Shown here one piece after another: positions 18,542 through 27,408 of a DNA stretch of 33,852 nucleotides. The translations under genes were made by a program, and so were the position numbers. The stretch is from Sedimentisphaeraceae bacterium JB056. GTDB taxonomy: Bacteria; Planctomycetota; Phycisphaerae; Sedimentisphaerales; Sedimentisphaeraceae. The notes under the pieces were generated by a model. That model was not told the DNA's origin. It made no database searches and saw only the letters and a program-made list of their open reading frames with translations. The first letter of the stretch is position 1, and every line of letters starts with the position of its first letter. The stretch is taken from NCBI GenBank assembly GCA_044440125.1, contig JBITAJ010000020.1, positions 1-33,852 on the forward strand, in the 5' to 3' direction.

Positions 18542-19114
18542 ATGAAAGTTTTAGCAATTAATGGAAGTCCGCGTAAGGGCGGCAACACAGAAACTATTAT
18601 TCGCAAAGTATTTGAACCTCTTGAAAAGGCAGGTATTGAGACTGAACTTGTTCAAATTGGCGGCAAGGCGGTAAGAGGGTGTATTGCTTGTCATAAATGC
18701 TTTGAGACTAAGGATAATACCTGTGTTTTCAAGAATGATCCCGTAAATGAGATAGTTGAGAAGATGATAGGGGCAGACGGTATAATTATCGGCAGCCCGA
18801 CATACTATACTGATGTTACATCTGAAATTAAGGGATTGATCGACAGGGCAGGGTTTGTTTCAATTGCTAACGGTGGTTTATTCAAGCATAAGGTTGGTGT
18901 GGCAGTAACTGCAGTTCGCCGTGGTGGTGCTGTTCATGCTTTTGATACTATTAATCACTTCTTTCAGATAAACGGCATGTTTATTGTCGGTTCGACATAT
19001 TGGAACATGGTTTACGGTCTTAAGCCGGGTGATGTTGAAGGTGATGATGAAGGTATGGCGAATATGACAGATCTTGGCGAATCAATGGCTTATCTGTTGA
19101 AAAAACTTAATTAG
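18542..19114 (+). CDS. iron-sulfur flavoprotein / NADPH-dependent FMN reductase family protein
   Basis: INGSPRKGGNT FMN loop, CIACHKC-x7-C, GSPTYY, AVRRGGA, GSTYW. Confidence 0.9.
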   Translation: MKVLAINGSPRKGGNTETIIRKVFEPLEKAGIETELVQIGGKAVRGCIACHKCFETKDNTCVFKNDPVNEIVEKMIGADGIIIGSPTYYTDVTSEIKGLIDRAGFVSIANGGLFKHKVGVAVTAVRRGGAVHAFDTINHFFQINGMFIVGSTYWNMVYGLKPGDVEGDDEGMANMTDLGESMAYLLKKLN

Positions 19115-19140
19115 TGTATTAATGAGAAAAGGAATTGGAA

Positions 19141-19755
19141 ATGAAGATTCTTGGTATTAATGGCAGTCCGCGAAAAAACAGCATAACAGGGCAGATGGTT
19201 TCCGAAATACTTGACGCTACCGGAGCAGAGACTGAACTTATAAATCTTGCAGGCAAGAGAATTTCTCCCTGTATTGCATGTCTTGGATGCGTTAATGATA
19301 ACATCTGCAAAGTCAAAGACGACATGTATGATATACGTGAGAAAATAGTAGCGGCTGATGCTTATGTAATCGGCGGTGCAAATTACTATGGTATGGTGAA
19401 TTCGCTTACTCACGCTTTTCTTGAGAGATTCTATCAGTTTTTTCATCTGGATTGCAGAGATATTGCGGGTAAAAAAGCAATTGTTGTAGGTGTTGCAGCG
19501 GGTGATGGACAACCTGCTATTGATAATATAAGACAGTTGCTTGAATATAATCGAGTAGAAGTTATTGGAAGTGTGTCGGCGTCTGGTCCGGCTCCATGTT
19601 TCACATGCGGTCATGGTGAAGAGTGTAAGGTCGGCGTAGTTCATCGCTTCTTCGGCGAAGGTACTAAGATAACACCTGAGATTATTCCAACAGTTGAAAA
19701 ACAGCAGGATGTAATAACGAAAGCACGCGAATTGGCACAGATGCTTGCTGTCTAA
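19141..19755 (+). CDS. second iron-sulfur flavoprotein-family protein
   Basis: MKILGINGSPRKNSIT, CIACLGC-x5-C, extra C-terminal CFTCGHGEEC. Confidence 0.87.
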   Translation: MKILGINGSPRKNSITGQMVSEILDATGAETELINLAGKRISPCIACLGCVNDNICKVKDDMYDIREKIVAADAYVIGGANYYGMVNSLTHAFLERFYQFFHLDCRDIAGKKAIVVGVAAGDGQPAIDNIRQLLEYNRVEVIGSVSASGPAPCFTCGHGEECKVGVVHRFFGEGTKITPEIIPTVEKQQDVITKARELAQMLAV

Positions 19756-19782
19756 TGTAATGGTCAGAAATTAGGATTAACG

Positions 19783-20652
19783 ATGGAAAATACAAACAAA
19801 AAAACTTCTGTAAGAAAAAAGATCGAAGATGTCATATTTGATTTATGCGGTAGCAAGCTCAATAGTATGCATATTGGTGATGAACCGGCCTGGGATAAGC
19901 CTTTGATCGGTTTTTCCAGAGGTGATGATTTGCTCTATAGTGAAATAAAGAAACAGATTGGTGATTTTTACTGGACTCCGTATGAGGCGTTCAAAATAGC
20001 AATGCCCGATATTGAGCCTGAAAATTTGACGGTTGTCAGTTGGGTGCTTCCTCAGACTAAAGCTACAAAGAAAGATAACCGTAAGGAAACCCATTTCCCT
20101 GCCAAAAGATGGGCGCATTCAAGAAAATATGGCGAGCAGTTCAATGATACCTTGCACGATCATCTTGTTGAAAAACTTAATGAAATGGGGATTTCAGCGG
20201 TTGCTCCGTCTCACTTGCCGCAGTGGTCGATGAAAATGTCCGAAAATTTTGGAATATCAAGCAACTGGTCACACAGGCACGCCGCTTATATCGCCGGACT
20301 TGGCACATTTGGATTGTGTGATGGGCTTATAACGGAATATGGTAAAGCTATGAGGTGCGGATCCATCGTTGTAGATATTCAGCTTGAACCTACAGAACGT
20401 CCTTACGATAATCCTCATGCTTACTGCCTGTATTATGCTAAGGGAGCCTGTCAGGCATGTATCAAGCGGTGTCCTGTGGGAGCTATCACTGAAGAAGGAC
20501 ATGATAAAGAAATATGTCGTCAATACGTATTTGAGACAACATCGAAGTTTGTTAAGGAAGAATTTGGTATTGAGGCATATGGCTGCGGCTTTTGCCAAAC
20601 TGCTGTGCCGTGCGAATCTTCAATACCACCGGCATGCAGACCGGTTAAATAA
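19783..20652 (+). CDS. QueG / reductive-dehalogenase-like 4Fe-4S protein (putative cobalamin-binding)
   Basis: WSHRHAAYIAGLGTFG, C-x7-CQACIKRCPVGAI, C...CGFCQTAVPC. Confidence 0.78.
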   Translation: MENTNKKTSVRKKIEDVIFDLCGSKLNSMHIGDEPAWDKPLIGFSRGDDLLYSEIKKQIGDFYWTPYEAFKIAMPDIEPENLTVVSWVLPQTKATKKDNRKETHFPAKRWAHSRKYGEQFNDTLHDHLVEKLNEMGISAVAPSHLPQWSMKMSENFGISSNWSHRHAAYIAGLGTFGLCDGLITEYGKAMRCGSIVVDIQLEPTERPYDNPHAYCLYYAKGACQACIKRCPVGAITEEGHDKEICRQYVFETTSKFVKEEFGIEAYGCGFCQTAVPCESSIPPACRPVK

Positions 20653-20681
20653 GATATAATTTTTTGATAAAGGATATGGAA

Positions 20682-21224
20682 ATGGATAACAATAAAGAAT
20701 TAAATGTTTTTGAGACAGAAAATCTTACGACCGAACAAGCACTCGCTGAAGTTGAAAAGGATTTTGGATTTGTGCCAAATCTGCTTGGTGAATTAGCTAA
20801 AAGCCCTGCCGCTCCTTTGGTTTATACAAAATCTGATCTCCTTATGCATAATGCTCATCTTACGCAACAGGAACAGCAGGTTGTACAGCTTGTTGTTTCA
20901 CTTTATAACGGCTGTCAGTATTGCTCAAGTATGCATAGTAAATTTTCCGAGGTAAACGGAGCGGAGCATGATGATATTCTTGCTATCAGAAAAGGGGAAT
21001 ACCCGAAAGATAAGCACCTTGGAAATCTTATGTGGATAACTGAAACTATCCTTGAAAAACGAGGACATCTCACAACTAAAGACCTTGAGATTATTGAGGA
21101 TATGGGAATAGATAGAGGAAGATTGTATGAGATTATTGTACACATCGGACGAAAGATGATTGCCAACTACGCAGTACATATTATCAACCCTGAACTTGAT
21201 GAAGTTTTTGTTTTTGAGGAATAA
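20682..21224 (+). CDS. carboxymuconolactone decarboxylase / AhpD-like protein
   Basis: FGFVPNL, LTQQEQQVVQLVVSLYNGCQYCSSMH (CxxC..H). Start could also be 20676. Confidence 0.85.
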   Translation: MDNNKELNVFETENLTTEQALAEVEKDFGFVPNLLGELAKSPAAPLVYTKSDLLMHNAHLTQQEQQVVQLVVSLYNGCQYCSSMHSKFSEVNGAEHDDILAIRKGEYPKDKHLGNLMWITETILEKRGHLTTKDLEIIEDMGIDRGRLYEIIVHIGRKMIANYAVHIINPELDEVFVFEE

Positions 21225-21288
21225 GAGCAATTGACTGTTTGAAATATAAAAATCAGAATTAACTTTTCGATTTATAAAGGAGAGAACA

Positions 21289-22293
21289 ATGAAGGCGTAT
21301 ATAACAAAAAGCTATGGAGCTGATGCTCGTTTTGAATTTGGTGAAATCGAAACTCCGAAGTTATCTTCGGGGCAGGTTATGATCGAAGTGAAGGCAACCA
21401 GTATTAATGCTATAGATAACAAGTTTTTGCGTCATGAGATTGGCCTAAATCCTGAACTGCCTGCAATCCTCCATGGTGATGTTGCGGGGGTTATCAGAGA
21501 AGTTTCAGGTGATGTAACAAATCTGAAGATTGGTGATGAAGTTTACGCATGTGCAGGCGGATTCCTGGGCAATCCGGGAGCTCTTGCTGAGTTTATGCCG
21601 GCAGATGCACGTTTTGTAGCCCATAAACCCAAATCAATTATTTTTGCAGAAGCGGCAGCGTTGCCTTTAGTAGCTATTACCGCATGGGAAGCTTTGGCAG
21701 ATAGTGCCAAAATAAAATCAGGCGATCATGTATTGATACATGCTGCCGTAGGCGGACTTGGACATGCTGCATTGCAAACTGCAAAAGCACTTGGAGCTAA
21801 AGTTGCAACCACTGTCTCATCAGAAAGAGCTGCAGATATAGCCCGTGAACTTGGTGCTGATGAAATAATTAATTATCGTGAAGAATCTGTTGAGGATTAT
21901 GTTCAGCGTCTCACAGACGGCAGCGGTTTTGATATGGTTTATGATACTGTAGGCGGCTCGAATTTTGAAAATTGTTTGCAGGCAATCCGTAACTATGGCA
22001 AGGTTGTTACTGTGTTCACTGGGACGACAGCTACAAAGTTAGAATTGATGACTTCATTTATTAAATCAGGGCATATTCATACTCAGAATATGTCGATCCC
22101 TCTTGTTTCCGGACAGGGACGTCAACACCATGGTGAAATACTTCGTAATGTAGCAAAATGGGTTGATGAAGGTAAGGTAAAGCCGTTGGTGGACCCTCAG
22201 ATATTCACGTTTGAAGAAGCAAATGAAGCCCATGCTTATTTTGAAGCAAAAAAACATACCGGTAAAGTTGTTTTGACTGCAAACTGGAATTGA
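21289..22293 (+). CDS. MDR-superfamily NAD(P)-dependent quinone oxidoreductase-like protein
   Basis: LPAILHGDVAG, AAALPLVAITAWEAL, VLIHAAVGGLGH, YDTVGG, GKVVL. Confidence 0.9.
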   Translation: MKAYITKSYGADARFEFGEIETPKLSSGQVMIEVKATSINAIDNKFLRHEIGLNPELPAILHGDVAGVIREVSGDVTNLKIGDEVYACAGGFLGNPGALAEFMPADARFVAHKPKSIIFAEAAALPLVAITAWEALADSAKIKSGDHVLIHAAVGGLGHAALQTAKALGAKVATTVSSERAADIARELGADEIINYREESVEDYVQRLTDGSGFDMVYDTVGGSNFENCLQAIRNYGKVVTVFTGTTATKLELMTSFIKSGHIHTQNMSIPLVSGQGRQHHGEILRNVAKWVDEGKVKPLVDPQIFTFEEANEAHAYFEAKKHTGKVVLTANWN

Positions 22294-22372
22294 TGATTTA
22301 TTAAATCTGGTACAACTTTTGATATAGCGTAAATTTATAGAAATATAACTTAATCAAACAAAGGATAATATA

Positions 22373-23110
22373 ATGGCTGGAATTAATGGAAAAGTAGTAG
22401 TTATAACTGGTGCATCAAGCGGGATCGGCGAGGAGACAGCACGTCTTCTTGCTAAAAAGGGAGCCAAAGTTGTTGCGGGAGCACGAAGGATTGAAAGGCT
22501 GCAAAAGCTTACCGAGCAGATAAAAGCAGACGGCGGCGAGGCTGTTTTTTATCCTACCGACGTTGTTAAACGCAGCGATGTCGAAGCTTTGGTCGCCAAG
22601 GCCGTTGAAGAGTTTGGGCAGGTGGATGTAATGATCAACAACGCAGGTATCATGCCTGTTGCACCAATGGAGATGGTTCGCGTTGATGATTGGGATAAAA
22701 TGATAGATGTCAACATAAAGGGCTTGCTTTACGGAATTGCGGCAACCCTGCCTTTGATGAAGAAACGCGGCGAGGGACAGGTCATCAATGTGGCATCAGT
22801 TGCCGGGCATAAGGTTATTCCCAATTTCACAGTATACTGCGCGACAAAGCATGCCGTAAGAGCTATCTCTGAAGGGCTGCGCGAGGAAAATCCCGATATT
22901 CGCGTCTGTACAATTTCACCAGGTTTGATTGCTACTGAATTAGAGGATTCAACCCCTGACTCTGAATTGCGAAAAGGCGTAAAAGAATTCTATTCGCAGC
23001 ATGCGATTTCGGCAGTAACGATTGCCGAGGCAATTGCTTATGCAATTGAACAGCCTGATTATGTTGATGTAAATGAGATGGTGATTCGACCTACTACGCA
23101 GGATGTATAA
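22373..23110 (+). CDS. SDR-family oxidoreductase
   Basis: TGASSGIG, NNAG, catalytic S (ASVAG) and YCATK, VNEMVIRPT. Confidence 0.95.
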   Translation: MAGINGKVVVITGASSGIGEETARLLAKKGAKVVAGARRIERLQKLTEQIKADGGEAVFYPTDVVKRSDVEALVAKAVEEFGQVDVMINNAGIMPVAPMEMVRVDDWDKMIDVNIKGLLYGIAATLPLMKKRGEGQVINVASVAGHKVIPNFTVYCATKHAVRAISEGLREENPDIRVCTISPGLIATELEDSTPDSELRKGVKEFYSQHAISAVTIAEAIAYAIEQPDYVDVNEMVIRPTTQDV

Positions 23111-23120
23111 GAGCTGACAA

Positions 23121-23729
23121 ATGAAAAAAACAGAGCCCAAAAAGATAAAACGCTGCCCGTGGGTAGGTGAAGATGAGTTGTATCTCAAATATCACGATCA
23201 AGAGTGGGGAGTGCCGGTTCATGATGATAAGACTCTTTTCGAGATGCTCATTCTCGAAGGTGCGCAAGCAGGGCTTAGCTGGATGACTATTCTTAAACGG
23301 CGGGAAAATTATCGCAAGGCGTTTGATAATTTCAATATCGGAAAGATAGCTAAATATACGGATAAAGACATTGAACGATTATTGGCTGATTCTGGTATTA
23401 TACGCAACCGTCTGAAAATTAAATCCGCTATTAACAATGCTGCAAGAACTTTAGAGATACAGAAAGAATACGGCTCTCTGGATAAATTCCTATGGCAGTT
23501 TGTAGATGGCAAGACCATACATAATTCCTGGAAAAGCTGGAAGAGTATTCCGGTTACAACAGATCAGTCGGACGCAATGAGCAAGGCTCTGAAAAAAGCA
23601 GGTTTTACATTTATCGGCTCAACAAGCTGTTACGCTTTTATGCAGTCGGCAGGTATGGTCAACGACCATGCTGTCGATTGTTTCAGATATAATGAGATAA
23701 AATTAAACAAATATCAGGCAATGGAGTAG
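23121..23729 (+). CDS. tag: DNA-3-methyladenine glycosylase I
   Basis: RCPW, YHDQEWG, LILEGAQAGLSW, IIRNRLKI, GMVNDH...C. Confidence 0.96.
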   Translation: MKKTEPKKIKRCPWVGEDELYLKYHDQEWGVPVHDDKTLFEMLILEGAQAGLSWMTILKRRENYRKAFDNFNIGKIAKYTDKDIERLLADSGIIRNRLKIKSAINNAARTLEIQKEYGSLDKFLWQFVDGKTIHNSWKSWKSIPVTTDQSDAMSKALKKAGFTFIGSTSCYAFMQSAGMVNDHAVDCFRYNEIKLNKYQAME

Positions 23730-23735
23730 TTGTAC

Positions 23736-24284
23736 ATGTTGAACTTAAATCGATTGACAGATAAAGCTAAAGAATTAGGAGCGAAAGCCGCCAGTCCTGT
23801 TGAAATATCAAAAATAAGGTTTTCCGAAGAATTCCGCCAGCTTTGCGAGCAAAATTCCTGTGGGAATTACGGGAAAAACTGGATGTGTCCTCCGGCTGTT
23901 GGAACTTATGAGGAAACTACAACCAAAGTTATGAAATATTCCGATGGCGTAGTGTTCCAGACGGTTTACAACTTAACCGACTCTTTTGACTTTGAAGGTA
24001 TGACAAAAGCTAAAGATGTTCATGATGAGATATTTATGAATATTCTGGATTATGTCCGTTCAAATACTGATGAGGATTTTCTGGCTTTGAATGTTGGAAA
24101 CTGCAAGGTATGCAAAGAATGTGCATATTCTGAAGGTAAAGAATGCCGGCATCCTGACAGATCTTTTTCATCAGTCGAAGCCCATTGTATAGATGTTAAG
24201 GACTTGCTGACTACTTATGGCATCCCCTACATTAACGGCGTTAATACCGTTTCATATGTAGGTTTGTTTCTATTCAAAGATTAG
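23736..24284 (+). CDS. DUF2284-like cysteine-rich metal-binding protein
   Basis: CEQNSCGNYGKNWMCPP, GNCKVCKEC, CRHP, SVEAHCIDV. ATG 9 nt after GGAG. Confidence 0.8.
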   Translation: MLNLNRLTDKAKELGAKAASPVEISKIRFSEEFRQLCEQNSCGNYGKNWMCPPAVGTYEETTTKVMKYSDGVVFQTVYNLTDSFDFEGMTKAKDVHDEIFMNILDYVRSNTDEDFLALNVGNCKVCKECAYSEGKECRHPDRSFSSVEAHCIDVKDLLTTYGIPYINGVNTVSYVGLFLFKD

Positions 24285-24321
24285 TTAAATAGTTAGCTGT
24301 TCACAAAGGCTAATAATTCAT

Positions 24322-24495
24322 GCCTCAAAGAGGCTGCAAATCATAGCCGGGGGGCATCGTCCTCGGGTGATTGGTGATTTACAAAGCTCCCTCCATCCCG
24401 ATTTCCAGCTGCAGGCTGGAAATCGGGGTGGAGGAGGGGTATTGCTATCTATTCCCACGGCGTTGCCGCGGGCTATTGTTTTAAGCCCTTCGGGC
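24322..24495. repeat. REP/REPIN-like composite inverted-repeat element
   Basis: Degenerate terminal inverted arms (24322-24367 vs 24454-24495) enclosing a 20-bp stem at 24390-24434. Confidence 0.78.
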
Positions 24496-24558
24496 AATTA
24501 ATATATAAGAACGTAGATTTTGTAACACATTGTAAACGGTTAGTTAAATGGTTGTTTT

Positions 24559-24918
24559 ATGGCAAAGAGTAGTTTTACCGTGGTAGTTATCGAAATTATC
24601 CGAGCTATCCCACAAGGAAAAGTATTCAGTTACGGCCGAGTTGCTAAGCTGGCAGGTAATTCACGAGGAGCCCGTCAAGTGGTACGTATTCTTCATACCT
24701 GCGGCGAAAAGGAGCAGTTACCGTGGCATAGGATTATCAGTAAGGATGGCAGTATTTCTCTGAAACCGCAGCATGGTTATGAAAAGCAACGGATGATGCT
24801 TGAGGAAGAAGGTATTGCTTTTGATACCGATGGCAGGGTTGACCTGACTCGCTTCTTGTGGCAACCGGAAGAAGAATGGTCTCCAGAACCGGAATTTGAT
24901 GAATTTGAAGAGTTTTGA
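24559..24918 (+). CDS. atl: alkyltransferase-like protein (ATL/YbaZ, MGMT DNA-binding family)
   Basis: IPQGKVFSYGRVAKLAG, ARQV, PWHR in place of the catalytic PCHR. Confidence 0.88.
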   Translation: MAKSSFTVVVIEIIRAIPQGKVFSYGRVAKLAGNSRGARQVVRILHTCGEKEQLPWHRIISKDGSISLKPQHGYEKQRMMLEEEGIAFDTDGRVDLTRFLWQPEEEWSPEPEFDEFEEF

Positions 24919-24962
24919 TTTTGATACCCCCAATTCAAATATCCATTAATTGTTCTTCTCAT

Positions 24963-24990
24963 TTGACAAAAACAGTAATTGTGGTATTTT
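24963..24990 (+). promoter_or_regulatory. putative sigma70 promoter of HAD hydrolase
   Basis: TTGACA (24963-24968), 16 bp, TATTTT (24985-24990) with extended TG. Confidence 0.55.
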
Positions 24991-24999
24991 ATGTTTATT

Positions 25000-25058
25000 A
25001 GCTGTCAGCGATAAGCGATTAGCAATCAGGCTATAAGTTAGCAGCGAGTAGCAAGTAG
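25000..25058. repeat. heptamer tandem repeat, same family as 3560-3626
   Basis: agctgtc-agcgata-agcgatt-agcaatc-aggctata...agcgagt-agcaagt. Confidence 0.72.
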
Positions 25059-25080
25059 ATATTAATTTTTGGATTTTAAC

Positions 25081-25929
25081 TTGGAAAAAATATACGTAAC
25101 AGATCTTGATGGAACGCTTTTGAATAGTGAAGGGCGTTTGTCTGATAATTCCTGCAATGAGCTTAAGAGTCTTATTTCTGATGGAGCGAGGATAACCGTT
25201 GCCAGTGCGAGAAATTTGGCATCAATAAGGCGGCTGCTTCGGGATGTTTCTTTGTCTCTTCCTGTTATCGAGATAAACGGGGCGTTTGTCTCTGATTATG
25301 TTACGGGCAGGCATCTTTGTGTCAATGATATACCTCAATCAATATCGGCAGAGATATGCAGTTTATGTGAGGATAATGGTTGTGTGCCGTTTCTTGCCGC
25401 ATTTGACGGTAAGGAGGATCATCTTTTCTATGAGGCGGTAACCAATGAAGGTATGGAGTGGTTTATTGCTGATAAGACTGAAGATCATGCCGAAAGACTG
25501 AAAAAGCGTAAAATTACTCCTGAGATATTGGCGATGAATATTGTCTGCTTTGTCATTATAGGGGATGTTGAAGTTGTTGGGCGTATAAATGATAATATAG
25601 TGGAAAGATTCGGTGATGAACTTGACAGTTACTTTTTTCCCAATCCCTACAATCCCCAATGGCAATGGCTGACAATACACGATAAGAATGCACGTAAATC
25701 TAACGGGATTTATGAGCTTCTGAGGATTCAGGGGATGAGCTATGAGCAGCTTGTTGTGTTTGGCGATCAGGAAAACGATCTTGCTATGATGGAAGTCAAT
25801 AAGAGTGGAGCAGTGTCAGTGGCAGTTGGTAATGCAATAGATTCAGTAAAGACTGCTGCTACAAAGATATGCAGAAGCAATGATGAGGATGGTGTTGTAC
25901 AGTATATAGCGGAAGATTTTTATTCTTAA
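25081..25929 (+). CDS. Cof-type HAD-IIB hydrolase
   Basis: [42 protein letters not shown] start uncertain (25069 or 25081). Confidence 0.92.
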   Translation: MEKIYVTDLDGTLLNSEGRLSDNSCNELKSLISDGARITVASARNLASIRRLLRDVSLSLPVIEINGAFVSDYVTGRHLCVNDIPQSISAEICSLCEDNGCVPFLAAFDGKEDHLFYEAVTNEGMEWFIADKTEDHAERLKKRKITPEILAMNIVCFVIIGDVEVVGRINDNIVERFGDELDSYFFPNPYNPQWQWLTIHDKNARKSNGIYELLRIQGMSYEQLVVFGDQENDLAMMEVNKSGAVSVAVGNAIDSVKTAATKICRSNDEDGVVQYIAEDFYS

Positions 25930-27353
25930 TCTAACCATTTTTTCAATATTTCAGCCAGTGATTTAGGGGTTACCGGTTTGGAAATATAATCATTCATTCC
26001 GATGCTGAGGCATTCTTTCCTGTCACCATCCATTGCGTTTGCTGTCATTGCTATTATAGGTAAATTAGGATTTTTGATTTTGTCTTTAGATTTACGTATC
26101 TTCTCTGTTGCCTTAAGACCGTCAAGTACCGGCATCTGTACATCCATTAGTACCAGTTCGTAATCATTTTTTTCAAGAGCAGTTATCGCTTCCAGACCTG
26201 TCTGAGCAATGTCTGCATTAACACCCAGTTTTTCAAGAATACTGATTGCTACTTTCTGATTAATTATATTGTCTTCTGCAATTAATATTTTTCGCCCTCT
26301 CAGGGAGTTGGGATTGCTGTTTACGATTGCTGTATTTAATTGCGATGAAATTGTCGTTTTTTTCGAGGTTTGTTTGATAAATTTACCGGTGAACCAGAAA
26401 GAGGAACCTTCGTTTTCGATGCTTTGTACTCCTATTTCCCCTCCGGAAAGTTCGACCAATTTTTTGGATATTGCCAGCCCGAGTCCGGAGCCGCTGAAGT
26501 GCTTCATCTTGGAGTTGTCAAGTCTTTCAAAAGCGTTGAAAAGAAGTGGTAATTTTTCTTGTGCAATACCGATACCGGTATCTTTGACCTCAAACTTTAT
26601 TGTTACTATATCGTTTAATTCTCCTTCGCTGGTTATGTTGATCTCAACTTTACCTTTTTCGGTAAATTTGACAGCATTGCCAACAAGATTCAAAAGGATT
26701 TGCTTAAGTCTGCCAGGGTCTCCCTGAAGGTCAGTCAGCACATCAGAATCGATGTTTTTTGTGATTACGAGACCTTTTTCCTTAGCGTCAAATGATACTA
26801 TGTCAATTGTTTCATCGATTATAGTGTTCAGTTCAAAATCTGTTATGTCGAATTTAAGTTTGCCGGCTTCTATCCTTGAAAAATCAAGTATGTCATTAAT
26901 TAAGTTCAAGACTGAGCGGCTGCTTGAACTTAGTATTTTTGTGTAGCGGTATTGTTCTCTGGAAAGGCTTGTGTCCAAGAGAAGTTCGACCATCCCTATT
27001 ATACCATTCATTGGGGTTCTGATCTCATGACTCATATTGGCCAAAAATCTGCTTTTGGCGATAGTGGCAGACTGTGCTTCTTCTGCCATTTTTTGAGATT
27101 GTTTCATTGCTTCTTTGAGCTTTTTATTGGTATCTTCAAGCTTCTGCTTGGATTGGCGGAGCTCAATACTCTTTTCTATGGATTCAGCCTGATATTTGTC
27201 AGTGATCGAAAGTACTTTATAGAATTGCTCGGACAGCTTTATGTAAGCTTGAGCTACTTCAAAGTAATCATGAGCCATAGGTGACTGGTCAACTGCCAAT
27301 TCCGGAAGGCGGCTTATTAGTTTTTCCAGAAGGATATCTGAGTCATGATTCAT
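25926..27353 (-). CDS. cytoplasmic hybrid histidine kinase (SiaD-like helix / coiled coil - HisKA - HATPase - REC)
   Basis: [43 protein letters not shown] / LMDVQMP / MTANA / SKP. No TM, PAS or GAF visible. Start MNHDSD after CAGGAG. Confidence 0.93.
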   Translation of the reverse strand: MNHDSDILLEKLISRLPELAVDQSPMAHDYFEVAQAYIKLSEQFYKVLSITDKYQAESIEKSIELRQSKQKLEDTNKKLKEAMKQSQKMAEEAQSATIAKSRFLANMSHEIRTPMNGIIGMVELLLDTSLSREQYRYTKILSSSSRSVLNLINDILDFSRIEAGKLKFDITDFELNTIIDETIDIVSFDAKEKGLVITKNIDSDVLTDLQGDPGRLKQILLNLVGNAVKFTEKGKVEINITSEGELNDIVTIKFEVKDTGIGIAQEKLPLLFNAFERLDNSKMKHFSGSGLGLAISKKLVELSGGEIGVQSIENEGSSFWFTGKFIKQTSKKTTISSQLNTAIVNSNPNSLRGRKILIAEDNIINQKVAISILEKLGVNADIAQTGLEAITALEKNDYELVLMDVQMPVLDGLKATEKIRKSKDKIKNPNLPIIAMTANAMDGDRKECLSIGMNDYISKPVTPKSLAEILKKWLD

Positions 27354-27408
27354 TTTTTTCTGCTCCTGATTAATACATAGCAGTAATTTCAAGAATTACC
27401 GAATTGTT

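Noticed and set aside
19783..20652. Respiratory reductive dehalogenase rdhA
   Set aside because: Only 289 aa, no twin-arginine signal, no rdhB anchor gene
24559..24918. ogt/ada methyltransferase
   Set aside because: PWHR instead of the catalytic PCHR
25926..27353. Annotating the fourth sia gene as siaD
   Set aside because: No GGDEF domain; complete HisKA, HATPase and REC motifs instead
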